Below are positions 29,287 through 38,697 of a stretch of DNA of 64,000 nt, in pieces (within the stretch, counting starts at the first letter, position 1; every line of letters begins with the position of its first letter). Position numbers and translations under genes: made by a program. Source of the DNA: a bacterium (GTDB lineage Bacteria > Patescibacteriota > Minisyncoccia > Moranbacterales > UBA2206). The notes beneath the pieces were generated by a model that saw only the letters and a list, made by a program, of their open reading frames with translations, ran no database searches and was not told the origin of the DNA. The stretch spans positions 41,413-105,412 of the forward strand of contig JAJYGF010000013.1 of the NCBI GenBank assembly GCA_021785125.1, in the 5' to 3' direction.

Positions 29287-30273
29287 ATGAAAAAAGCGAT
29301 AATCGAAGTTAGAAAATTGAATAAGACGTATGAATATTCCAATAAGAAGGAGGGTTTGAAAAATTCTTTCCGGGATCTTTTTAAACGGAAGAAGCTTTAT
29401 AAGCATGCCGTGAAAGATGTCAGTTTTGATATTCAAGAGGGTGAGTTGGTGGGTTTTTTGGGGCCTAATGGGGCGGGGAAAACCACGACTCTCAAGATGC
29501 TTTCCGGAATTCTGACTCCATCAAGCGGAGAGATGAAAATTATGGGATTTGATCCCTCTAAGCGTGAAGAAAAATATCAGATGCAATTCGCGTTTGTAAT
29601 GGGTCAGAAAAGCCAATTGTGGTGGGATTTGCCTGCTATGGAGAGCTTCATCTTGAATAAAGAAATTTATGAGATAAGTGACAAAGATTTTAAGGAACGA
29701 TTGGATGAATTTGTGGAGCTTCTGGATGTGAAGGATGTCATTTACAAGCAGGTGCGCCAGCTTTCTTTGGGCGAACGGATGAAATGCGAACTGATCGCCT
29801 CGCTTCTGCATGCTCCGAAAGTTTTGTTCTTGGATGAGCCGACGATCGGCATGGATGTGGTGGCGCAGAAAAACATCCGTGATTTCATAAAGAAATATAA
29901 CAAAGAGAAAAAAGTTACGATCATACTGACTTCTCACTATATGGAAGATATATTGCAGCTTTGTGAGCGCATCATTATCATCAATCTGGGCCAAGTAATC
30001 TATGACGGTCCGATGGATGCTTTGATAAGGAAATACGCGGCCAATAAATTGATCAGCGTTTCTTTTGAAAATGAGGTAAAATCCGAGGATGTGGAAAAAT
30101 TTGAATTTTTGAAGAAGTTTGAAGGAGCACAAGCATCTTTCGATGTACCCAGGGAAAAAGTCAAGGATGTGGCAAGAGAAATCTTATCTTCAAATCTACC
30201 GGTCAAGGACATCGATATCAGTGAAGAAGATGTTGACGCGATAATAAGAAATATTTATGTGGAAAAGAAATAA
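29287..30273 (+). CDS. ABC transporter ATP-binding protein
   Basis: Walker A GPNGAGKTT, signature LSLGERMK, Walker B LFLDEPT. Confidence 0.85.
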   Translation: MKKAIIEVRKLNKTYEYSNKKEGLKNSFRDLFKRKKLYKHAVKDVSFDIQEGELVGFLGPNGAGKTTTLKMLSGILTPSSGEMKIMGFDPSKREEKYQMQFAFVMGQKSQLWWDLPAMESFILNKEIYEISDKDFKERLDEFVELLDVKDVIYKQVRQLSLGERMKCELIASLLHAPKVLFLDEPTIGMDVVAQKNIRDFIKKYNKEKKVTIILTSHYMEDILQLCERIIIINLGQVIYDGPMDALIRKYAANKLISVSFENEVKSEDVEKFEFLKKFEGAQASFDVPREKVKDVAREILSSNLPVKDIDISEEDVDAIIRNIYVEKK

Positions 30274-31060
30274 AAAATATATCCATGTGGCTAAGAATAG
30301 TTTCCAGGAAGCGATAATTTATCGAGTTAGTACGCTGGCCTTTTTCTTTTCGGAAATTTTCTCTTTTATCTTTATTTTCTATCTTTGGACTTCAATTTAT
30401 AAACAAGGCGGTCAAATTGGAAATTATGAATTGAAAGATTTGATTCTGTATTATTTCGTATCAAATTTTTTATGGATAACCATCAAGGGGACTGACATAG
30501 CTTGGGATGTTGGGGATGAAATACGAATGGGCCAAATAACTAATGTATTGCTTAGGCCCATGAGATATGCAAGATATAAGTTTTCACAGATGTTGGGAGG
30601 ATTGGCTTATCGAACCAGCGTATTCATGGTGGTTTTTATGCTGATTGGAATTTTTTTAAGTTCTTATATCAATTTCAATATTGAATTGAAAAATATTTTA
30701 TTTTTTATAATTTTCTTTGCAATCGGTTACGTTATTAATTATTTTATTTTTTACACTTTAGGATTGACCACATTTTGGCTTGGCCTGGTGCGTGGATTTA
30801 ATTTCTCGCTTAGTGTGATTACTGGATTTATGGATGGAAGTGTCATCCCGGTTGATTTGTTGCCTAGAATTGTCCGAAACATAAATGATTTTTTGCCATT
30901 TAAATATATCATCTTTACTCCGGTATCTGTTTTTAATGGAAAAATACAGGTCACTTGGGAAACCTTGGTCATACCGATTGCTTGGATTATTGTTTTATAT
31001 TTATTGGCTAAATTTGTTTTGAATAAAGGAATAAAAGTTTATGAGGGATATGGTGCGTAA
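30257..31060 (+). CDS. ABC-2 type transporter permease
   Basis: 6 TM helices; overlaps ATPase gene end. Confidence 0.6.
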   Translation: MWKRNKKYIHVAKNSFQEAIIYRVSTLAFFFSEIFSFIFIFYLWTSIYKQGGQIGNYELKDLILYYFVSNFLWITIKGTDIAWDVGDEIRMGQITNVLLRPMRYARYKFSQMLGGLAYRTSVFMVVFMLIGIFLSSYINFNIELKNILFFIIFFAIGYVINYFIFYTLGLTTFWLGLVRGFNFSLSVITGFMDGSVIPVDLLPRIVRNINDFLPFKYIIFTPVSVFNGKIQVTWETLVIPIAWIIVLYLLAKFVLNKGIKVYEGYGA

Positions 31061-31856
31061 AATTAAGAAATATTTCAGAGTATTTTTGCATTTCCAGAAA
31101 ATCGGTTTTATGAATAGGATGCAGTACAGAATTAATTTTGTGGTTATAATAGCCACCGTCTTTATTCAGATTGCTATTAATCTGGCTTTCATACGAGTGG
31201 TTTTCGGATTTGTGAATAATATTTCAGGGTGGGGCTATTACCAGACTCTCATCGTACTTGCCTCATATCTGATTATCGATGGTGCCACATGGGCACTCAC
31301 CGCTTATGTTAACGGAATTGATAGTCATGTAAGAATGGGAACGCTCGATGGAATCATCTTGAAGCCGATAAATACTCAGTTTATAGTTTCATTTTGGAGA
31401 GGCGACACAGAAAATTTGGGGGAGTTGGCTACGGGTGTTGGCTTGGCCGTATATAGCTTGAGCCATTTGAAAATAAATACGAGAATTCTTCTTGAAAATA
31501 TATCCGCTTATGTGCTATTAATTATTTTGGCGCTGGTCATAATCTATAGCTTGAGTATCCTTGTTAGATCAGCTGTATTTTGGCTAATGAATAGTGGCGG
31601 ACTTTTCTCTATCGTTATGAAAATTACCGAATCTTCCAAATATCCTATAGATATCTTTTTTCATAAAATAGTTCGAGGATTTTTCACTTTCATCATTCCC
31701 TTAGCTTTCGTAGCTACCGTTCCAGCCGAAATTTTGACCAAGGGAATTGACTTGAAATTGATCGCCATGTCGGTTATAATGGCAACGCTTTTCTTTGTCG
31801 TGAGTCGCAAGTTTTTTAACTTCGCGCTCAGGCATTATTCAAGCGCTAGTAGTTGA
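31041..31856 (+). CDS. ABC-2 type transporter permease (second subunit)
   Basis: 6 TM helices; overlaps preceding permease. Confidence 0.6.
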   Translation: MRDMVRKIKKYFRVFLHFQKIGFMNRMQYRINFVVIIATVFIQIAINLAFIRVVFGFVNNISGWGYYQTLIVLASYLIIDGATWALTAYVNGIDSHVRMGTLDGIILKPINTQFIVSFWRGDTENLGELATGVGLAVYSLSHLKINTRILLENISAYVLLIILALVIIYSLSILVRSAVFWLMNSGGLFSIVMKITESSKYPIDIFFHKIVRGFFTFIIPLAFVATVPAEILTKGIDLKLIAMSVIMATLFFVVSRKFFNFALRHYSSASS

Positions 31857-31923
31857 CAGAAGGTTTTGACAAGCTGAGAGGGCGCTCCGGTATTCTTATT
31901 TTTTTAAAATAGATAAGTTATAA

Positions 31924-32595
31924 TTGATTTATATTTTCATGAAAAACGAAGACATTATTAAAAAAACTGCTGATTTTGTAAAAAAAGAACTAGATGGAGA
32001 ATCAACCGGACATGATTGGTTGCATACCTATAGGGTTTGGAAAATGTCGATGAAAATAGCAAAAAGCGAAAAAAATGTTGATAAATTCATTGTTCAATTA
32101 GCTGCCTTACTTCACGATGTTGCAGATTGGAAATTTAATCAGGAAAACAGTTTGATTGGCTCAAGATTAGCAGGTAAATGGCTTAGAAAAATGAAAGTTG
32201 ATACTAGAATTATTATCGATGTTTGTAATATTATAGACAACATGTCTTTTAAGGGCATGAAAGTAAGCTCACGAATGTTAACCAAGGAAGGAATGATAGT
32301 TCAGGATGCTGATAGGTTGGATGCTATAGGTGCAATTGGCATTGCAAGAACATTTGCATTTGGAGGACATGTAAAAAGGGAAATATATAATCCAAAGTTA
32401 GAAATTATTCAGCATAAATCATTTCAGGAATATAAAAAAACGCAAACAACCTCTATAAACCATTTTTATGAAAAACTTCTTTTGTTGAAAGATTTAATGA
32501 ATACTAGTTTGGCAAAAAAAATTGCGAGAAAAAGACACAAATTTTTAGAAAATTTTTTGGAAGAATTTTTTAGTGAATGGCATGATTCGAATTAA
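31924..32595 (+). CDS. HD-domain phosphohydrolase
   Basis: H...HD motif (HDWLHTYRV...LLHDVADWK), downstream D. Confidence 0.7.
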   Translation: MIYIFMKNEDIIKKTADFVKKELDGESTGHDWLHTYRVWKMSMKIAKSEKNVDKFIVQLAALLHDVADWKFNQENSLIGSRLAGKWLRKMKVDTRIIIDVCNIIDNMSFKGMKVSSRMLTKEGMIVQDADRLDAIGAIGIARTFAFGGHVKREIYNPKLEIIQHKSFQEYKKTQTTSINHFYEKLLLLKDLMNTSLAKKIARKRHKFLENFLEEFFSEWHDSN

Positions 32596-32706
32596 GCTCT
32601 TGAACTCACCTGCTAAACACTTGACTAGGTTTTATAGATGTGATTAAATAGGATGTGCTGTTGTCATTTTCGAGAATCTTGAAAACTTAACAAAGGAGGC
32701 TGGGCA

Positions 32707-33642
32707 ATGAGTATGAAGCGAGAATTGCGTTTTGTTGTAACGCAACGATGTATTTACGAATGCTCGTTTTGTCATGGTGAAGGGCTGCAAACAGTCAAGC
32801 GTGACGCATTAAGTATAGAAGATTTTCGCTTCATATTTAATGTTGCACGATCGCAGTTTGGTTTTGATTATACAACCCTGAGCGGCGGTGAGCCATTGGT
32901 GCGTAGCGACATAGTTGAAATTGCTGCCGGATTGTATTATGATTCTGGCAAGACAACTCTAACGACTAATGGTTTTTTTCTTGATGAAAAACTTTACATC
33001 GGCAACTATATAAAGCGCTTAAACGTTTCTATACACAGTTTCAATAGAGATGTTTATGAGTCTATAGTTGGAAGATCGAATGTTTTTCATAGGGTAATCT
33101 ATGGGCTGAAGAAGTTTCGCTCAAAATATCCGGAGGTGGAGATAAGACTAAACACCACTGTGGTAAGGGGGTTGAATTCCGGCGAGAAGGACATTGATGA
33201 CTTATTGAAGTTTGCTTCTAGATTAGGAGCTTCAATAAAATTCGTCGAGCTTTATCCTTCATCGTGTTCAGGATTCTTTCCTATAAAGGAAGTGGAGATT
33301 ATGCTTATGCAACGCGGATTTAAGCAATTCATTTCACCTACTCGTAAGCGTGACTACTCCGATGGAGTTATTGAGGTAGGATTAACTAAGATTTTTTGTG
33401 CTGCTGCGGCTGATAGCGAAATCCCATCTCGGTTTTGCAATGAGAATAACGATCTCTTTGTATCGCCTGATGGTATGCTTAAGCCTTGCAGACACAACTT
33501 GATGGAGGTAGATATATTGCCTGAAGTTCGTGAACGTGATGCAGAAAAATTATTTCTAAAGCTCAAAAAGGCTTTTGAGCTTTTGGGAAAAAACTGCGTT
33601 GCTACTGGTACGAATATGGTTCAGCGTGACTCAAGCATCTAA
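32707..33642 (+). CDS. Radical SAM enzyme, MoaA-like (GTP 3',8-cyclase family)
   Basis: CIYECSFC (CX3CX2C), GGEPL, NTTVVRG; C-terminal Cys triad FCAAA...FCNENNDLFVSPDGMLKPC like MoaA auxiliary cluster. Confidence 0.7.
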   Translation: MSMKRELRFVVTQRCIYECSFCHGEGLQTVKRDALSIEDFRFIFNVARSQFGFDYTTLSGGEPLVRSDIVEIAAGLYYDSGKTTLTTNGFFLDEKLYIGNYIKRLNVSIHSFNRDVYESIVGRSNVFHRVIYGLKKFRSKYPEVEIRLNTTVVRGLNSGEKDIDDLLKFASRLGASIKFVELYPSSCSGFFPIKEVEIMLMQRGFKQFISPTRKRDYSDGVIEVGLTKIFCAAAADSEIPSRFCNENNDLFVSPDGMLKPCRHNLMEVDILPEVRERDAEKLFLKLKKAFELLGKNCVATGTNMVQRDSSI

Positions 33643-33660
33643 TTTTGTAAGGAGAAGAAC

Positions 33661-34110
33661 ATGGAGAGACATTTCAATGTGACCGTTTACATCTTTAACC
33701 CTGAAAATGGGAAATTCCTTTTCTTGAGACATAAGAAGCTCAAGAAGTGGCTTTCTCCCGGGGGACATATAGATGCAAACGAAAATCCGGAGGTTGCCGC
33801 CCTGCGTGAAGTTATGGAAGAAACCGGTATCGAGACAAGGTTGATTGGTGAACGCTTGCCAAGCGAAGATGACTTAATCTGTCCATTTGGAATCCAGCTA
33901 AACGTGATTGCGCCTGGTGAACATGAGCACATGGATTTGATTTATTTGTCCATTCCTGTAGGAAGTACTGAGGAAAGGTTGAATAAAGAAGAATCCAATG
34001 ATATCGCTTGGTTTAGCTTGGATCAGATTTTGGCACCAGAATTTGATTCCTTTGAAAAAAACAAAAAATGGTGCGCATTTTTCCATGAGTTCATGGAAAA
34101 AAACCGCTAA
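33661..34110 (+). CDS. NUDIX hydrolase
   Basis: Nudix box GGHIDANENPEVAALREVMEETGIE. Confidence 0.8.
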   Translation: MERHFNVTVYIFNPENGKFLFLRHKKLKKWLSPGGHIDANENPEVAALREVMEETGIETRLIGERLPSEDDLICPFGIQLNVIAPGEHEHMDLIYLSIPVGSTEERLNKEESNDIAWFSLDQILAPEFDSFEKNKKWCAFFHEFMEKNR

Positions 34111-34118
34111 TATTATTT

Positions 34119-34148
34119 ACCCCCAGCTAACGCTGGGGGTTTCTTTTT
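34119..34148. terminator. Rho-independent terminator ACCCCCAGC-TAACG-CTGGGGGT + T-run
   Basis: Perfect 9-bp stem with T-run after NUDIX gene. Confidence 0.65.
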
Positions 34149-34228
34149 AAGGCATAGATTCCGGTGGGTAAGCTTTGTTTTTTATGATTAAGTTTGGCAA
34201 CAAGCTTTTTTTGTATTAAAATAGTTAG

Positions 34229-35086
34229 ATGAAAATCACCCTCAGTCAATTTGCCGGGTTTTGTGACGGCGTACGACGGGCCTTTGACATCGTCAATAAT
34301 CTGGATGAGGCGAAGACAAAAAAGCCTGTTTTTGTGCTGGGATCTTTGGTGCATAACCAGGACGTGGTGGACAGGATCGAGGAAAAGGGCATCCGGAAGA
34401 TCGACATGCAGAAATTTCTGGACGCCGAGCCGGGAGAGATCGGCACGCTTATCATAACCGCGCATGGCGTCGGGCCGCAGATTTATGAAACCGCCAAAGA
34501 AAAAAATATCGAACTGATCGACACGACCTGTCCGCGGGTCATCAAAGTTCAGCGCCTGGCCCAGCTGTATGTCAAAAAAGGCTATTCCATAGTTCTGGTC
34601 GGCGACAAGGACCACAAAGAAGTAAGAAGTATTTTTGAATGGGGTGGAGAAAAAGCGGCCATAGTGTCCGATGAGGATGATTTGGCCAGGCTGAATCTTG
34701 GACAGACTGAAAAGATCATTATCTTGTCGCAGACGACTCAGAGCAAGGATTTTTTGGAGTTGGTGCATAGCCGTCTCAGGGAAAGATATCCGTCCGTCGA
34801 AATCATGGACACGATCTGCCTGACGACGGATCAGCGCCAGGACGAGATCAAGAAATTGGCGGCCGAGAATGAGGCGGTGGTTGTGATCGGCGGCAAAGAA
34901 AGCGCCAATTCGAACCGGCTGTTTGAGATCGCCAAAAGCATCAATGAAAAGACAGTCTTCATCGAAAGAGTGGATCAGCTCGAAGATTCCTTCTTGCAGG
35001 GGGCGCAAAGCGTGGCAGTGACGGCCGGGGCGTCGACTCCCGATTGGATCATCGAAGGTGTCATGAAGCGCCTGGAAAGGTTGTAA
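34229..35086 (+). CDS. ispH: 4-hydroxy-3-methylbut-2-enyl diphosphate reductase IspH/LytB
   Basis: GFCDGVRRA N-terminal Cys motif, TTCPRV, ICLTT Cys ligands. Confidence 0.9.
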   Translation: MKITLSQFAGFCDGVRRAFDIVNNLDEAKTKKPVFVLGSLVHNQDVVDRIEEKGIRKIDMQKFLDAEPGEIGTLIITAHGVGPQIYETAKEKNIELIDTTCPRVIKVQRLAQLYVKKGYSIVLVGDKDHKEVRSIFEWGGEKAAIVSDEDDLARLNLGQTEKIIILSQTTQSKDFLELVHSRLRERYPSVEIMDTICLTTDQRQDEIKKLAAENEAVVVIGGKESANSNRLFEIAKSINEKTVFIERVDQLEDSFLQGAQSVAVTAGASTPDWIIEGVMKRLERL

Positions 35087-35143
35087 AATTGCGCCAAAGG
35101 CTGTATGATACATTCATAACAAGCCTTTTTATCAAATAAAAAA

Positions 35144-35950
35144 ATGACCAAGATCGCCATCGTCGAGGATGACCCGATGATATCCGAGATATATTACAAG
35201 AAGTTCACAGACTCGGGATTCGAAGTTCTGACCGCCGCTTCCGGCGACCAGCTTTTGAATCTGCTCAAAGATCAAAAAGTCGACGTGGTCATGACCGATC
35301 TGATCATGCCCAAGATGGACGGCTTCCAGCTGATCGAGAAATTGCGCGGCGGTGAATATAATCCGGACATCAAGATCATCGTCGCGAGCAATCTGAGCCA
35401 GAGGGAGGATCGTGAAAAGGCTATCAATCTGGGCGCCAACGGATTCGTCGCCAAGGCGGAATATAGTCCGAGCGAATTGGTCAAGGAAATTCAAAGGCTT
35501 TTGAATCAATTCCAGGAACAGCAGAAGAACGAGTATCGCGAGAATGCCAAAGCGTCGGGGGTGGACATGGCCGATTCCGGGCCGAAGAAAAAGATCCTGA
35601 TGATCGAAGACGAGGAGATCTTCATCGACATGTTTGGATCGAAGATGAAGCAGGATGGCTATGATGTGGATGCGGCGAGAAACGGTGCATGGGGCATCAA
35701 GGAAGCGCTGAACGGGGAATATGACCTGTTTGTCATCGATATGGTGATGCCGGCCATGACAGGCGACGAGATCGTGGCGAAATTGAAATTGGAAGACAAG
35801 ACCAAAAATATTCCGATCATCGTGCTGTCGGCTTCGGTTGACGACGGGGTGGCGAAGAAGGTCAAGGATTTGGGCGTGCAGGAATTTTTCGTGAAGACGC
35901 AGATCACGCCGAGCGAATTGTCCAAAAAGATCGCAGAAATTTTAGTATAA
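35144..35950 (+). CDS. Tandem-receiver (REC-REC) response regulator protein without output domain
   Basis: Two CheY-like domains each with DD...D phospho-acceptor (VVMTDLIMP and LFVIDMVMP) and K. Confidence 0.75.
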   Translation: MTKIAIVEDDPMISEIYYKKFTDSGFEVLTAASGDQLLNLLKDQKVDVVMTDLIMPKMDGFQLIEKLRGGEYNPDIKIIVASNLSQREDREKAINLGANGFVAKAEYSPSELVKEIQRLLNQFQEQQKNEYRENAKASGVDMADSGPKKKILMIEDEEIFIDMFGSKMKQDGYDVDAARNGAWGIKEALNGEYDLFVIDMVMPAMTGDEIVAKLKLEDKTKNIPIIVLSASVDDGVAKKVKDLGVQEFFVKTQITPSELSKKIAEILV

Positions 35951-35973
35951 GAAATTAAGTAAGAATCAATCAG

Positions 35974-37293
35974 ATGGAAAGAACATTGATCAGCGAGACT
36001 CCGCAATCGGTCGGACAAATAGTGAAGCTCAAAGGATGGGTGAATATCCGCCGCGACCATGGCAAGCTCATCTTCATCGATCTTCGCGACCGGTCGGGCA
36101 TGATCCAGATGGTCATCATTCCGGACAAGGAGGAGGCATATAAAGTTGCCAAAGACGTGCGCAACGAATTTGTGATTGAAGTGGAGGGATTGGTGAAGCA
36201 AAGGCCCGGAGGCGCGACCAAAGAGGGATCGGCGACCGGCGGAGTGGAGATTGAAGTCGAAAAGATGGCAGTCATATCACAGCCGGAGGATGTATTACCT
36301 TTGGACGTTTCTGAAAATGATATGAATGTTAATCTTGATACATTATTAAATCTTCGCCATCTGACTTTACGAAATAAAAAAATCAAATCTATTTTCAAAG
36401 TCTATGCGGAAGTTATAAATGCTTATGCAAAGATAATGAATCGTGAGGAATTTACGGAAATAAAAACTCCTAAAATCTTAAATTCAGCAACTGAAGGGGG
36501 CGCCAATTTTTTCAAGATAAAATATTTCGAGAAAGAGGCGTTTCTGGCGCAGAGCCCGCAATTCTACAAGCAGGCGGGAGCCGGTATATTCGAGCGTGTT
36601 TTTGAGATTGGTACGGTTTTCCGAGCAGAACCGCATTTTACTACGAGGCATGTCAATGAATATACAAGTTTGGATGCGGAGATGGCTTTCATCGACGGGT
36701 TTGAGGATGTGATGGATGAGCTAGAAAAAGTTATGAAATTTATGATGGAGTCAGTTAATGAACATTGCCGGGAAGAATTGGCGATGTTTGGCGCGGAAAT
36801 CCTGCCGGTCAAATCCATCCCGCGCATAAAATTGACCGAAGCGTTGAGCATTCTGGAAAAGGAATATGGCAAGAAGATGGAAGAGGTCGACATCGATGCG
36901 GAAGGCGAGCGCATGATATGTGAATGGGCCAGAAAGAATTATGATTCGGATTTCGTCTTTCTGACGCATTATCCATCCGCCATCCGGCCGTTCTATTCCA
37001 TGCCGAGCGCCGATCCGCAATATACGGAAACCTTCGACCTTCTTTTCATGGGCGTGGAAATTGCTAGCGGCGGGCAAAGAATACATGATTACAATCAATT
37101 GATTTCTAGTATAAAGAAACATAAGCTGAATCCGGATGATTTTGAGCATTATCTGGATATTTTCAAATACGGCATGCCGCCGCATGGAGGCTGGGGACTC
37201 GGTTCAGAAAGGATCGTCCAGAAGATTCTTGGATTGGGCAGTATCAAGGAAGCTATCCTTTTCCCAAGAGACGTGAAAAGATTGACCCCGTAG
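35974..37293 (+). CDS. aspS: Aspartyl-tRNA synthetase, archaeal/type-2 (possibly non-discriminating)
   Basis: N-terminal OB fold, class II motifs 1-3 (FRAEPHFTTRH..., GGQRIHD, GMPPHGGWGLGSERIV). Confidence 0.85.
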   Translation: MERTLISETPQSVGQIVKLKGWVNIRRDHGKLIFIDLRDRSGMIQMVIIPDKEEAYKVAKDVRNEFVIEVEGLVKQRPGGATKEGSATGGVEIEVEKMAVISQPEDVLPLDVSENDMNVNLDTLLNLRHLTLRNKKIKSIFKVYAEVINAYAKIMNREEFTEIKTPKILNSATEGGANFFKIKYFEKEAFLAQSPQFYKQAGAGIFERVFEIGTVFRAEPHFTTRHVNEYTSLDAEMAFIDGFEDVMDELEKVMKFMMESVNEHCREELAMFGAEILPVKSIPRIKLTEALSILEKEYGKKMEEVDIDAEGERMICEWARKNYDSDFVFLTHYPSAIRPFYSMPSADPQYTETFDLLFMGVEIASGGQRIHDYNQLISSIKKHKLNPDDFEHYLDIFKYGMPPHGGWGLGSERIVQKILGLGSIKEAILFPRDVKRLTP

Positions 37294-37326
37294 TTTTCTA
37301 TACTTCATAAAATAAAAACAAAATCG

Positions 37327-38550
37327 ATGAAGACCGACCATGTCGAAAGGCTGGATCGCAAGCGCATAGAAATTGCAAATATCGTTTCTCTTCTGATGGG
37401 TTTTTCCCAATCCATCTTGGCCTATGTCTTGTCATCCTATTTCAAGATCGCATCCGGCAGTGAGAATGTCGGCACTTTCTACATGGTTGCGTATGTCATA
37501 TCCCTCGTCATCCTTCTCAATCTGCACAAGATCGTGCGCCTGATCGGCAAAGCGAATGTGTATTATTTCGCCCTGATCGCAAAAATCATCTCGGTCACCC
37601 TGCTGATTTTTCTGGATCCGTCCCGGCTGGGCATCGCTCTTTTGATGATTTATCTTATCGCGGTCAATGTCGAATGGACGACGCTGGACGTGATTTTGGA
37701 ATCATATTCGACCGACAAAAAATCCGGCCGCATCAGGGGACTGCATCTGACCATTCTCAACGCGGGATTCTTGTTCGGGCCGCTGATCTCGGCCAAGATT
37801 CTGGATGTCATGAGCTATCAAGGAATCTTCTTCTTCGCGCTGGTTTCCAGCGCCTTGACCCTTGCCTTCGCTCTGCCGGCTTTTCGCAACATCAACCACC
37901 GGTTCGAACAGAAGCTGAAGGTGGCAGAAATGATCCGCAAAGTAATTTCCAGAAAAGATCTGCTCCGGATCTATTATGTCTCATTTTCCTTGGAATTTTT
38001 CTATGCCTTGATGGTTGTCTACACCCCACTCTATCTTCTGGACCTGGGCTATTCCTGGGACAAGATCGGCATCATCTTCACAATCATGCTCGTCCCGTTC
38101 GTCGTCTTGCAATATCCGATGGGCATTTTGGCTGACAAGAAATTCGGAGAGAAGGAATTTCTGATCTTTTCCGTTTTCCTGATGGGCATCTCGACTTTCA
38201 TGATATTTTTCATCGGCGCGGCCAGCGTGGCGGTCTGGGCGTCGATACTTTTCATCACGCGGGTCGGGGCGGCGCTCGTCGAGATCCTGCGCGATTCATA
38301 TTTTTTCAAGCGGATCGACGGCTATGACGTGGATATGATCAATTTTTTCCGGACAGCCGTGCCGATGGCATACATTTTGGGAACTATGGTCGCCACTTTG
38401 GCCGTGTTTTTCTTTTCGACCAGATTCATCTTTCTGATCATCGCGGCCGTGGTGCTGTCGGCACTCTATCCGGCTTTCAAGCTGGCGGACAACAAGTCGG
38501 AGAAAGAGATGGCGCATGAGCAATATGTCCTGGCGGAAGAGAGGCAATAG
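37327..38550 (+). CDS. MFS transporter
   Basis: 12 TM helices in two 6-TM halves, 407 aa. Confidence 0.65.
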   Translation: MKTDHVERLDRKRIEIANIVSLLMGFSQSILAYVLSSYFKIASGSENVGTFYMVAYVISLVILLNLHKIVRLIGKANVYYFALIAKIISVTLLIFLDPSRLGIALLMIYLIAVNVEWTTLDVILESYSTDKKSGRIRGLHLTILNAGFLFGPLISAKILDVMSYQGIFFFALVSSALTLAFALPAFRNINHRFEQKLKVAEMIRKVISRKDLLRIYYVSFSLEFFYALMVVYTPLYLLDLGYSWDKIGIIFTIMLVPFVVLQYPMGILADKKFGEKEFLIFSVFLMGISTFMIFFIGAASVAVWASILFITRVGAALVEILRDSYFFKRIDGYDVDMINFFRTAVPMAYILGTMVATLAVFFFSTRFIFLIIAAVVLSALYPAFKLADNKSEKEMAHEQYVLAEERQ

Positions 38551-38697
38551 GACTACTTGATTTAATTACGTAATTAAATATGTAATTCCGCGCTCGGGAG
38601 AAAAGCGGTTTTTTTTGTCTATGGTATAATAAAATCACAAAAATCTTGATCCGTCTTGGCGGGTCGCGTATTTTTCTTGAAACAAAAATAACATCAT

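Noticed and set aside
34127-35113. 328-aa minus-strand ORF
   Set aside because: Antisense to ispH, whose Cys motifs are unmistakable.
36751-37185. 144-aa and 116-aa minus-strand ORFs
   Set aside because: Antisense to aspS catalytic domain.
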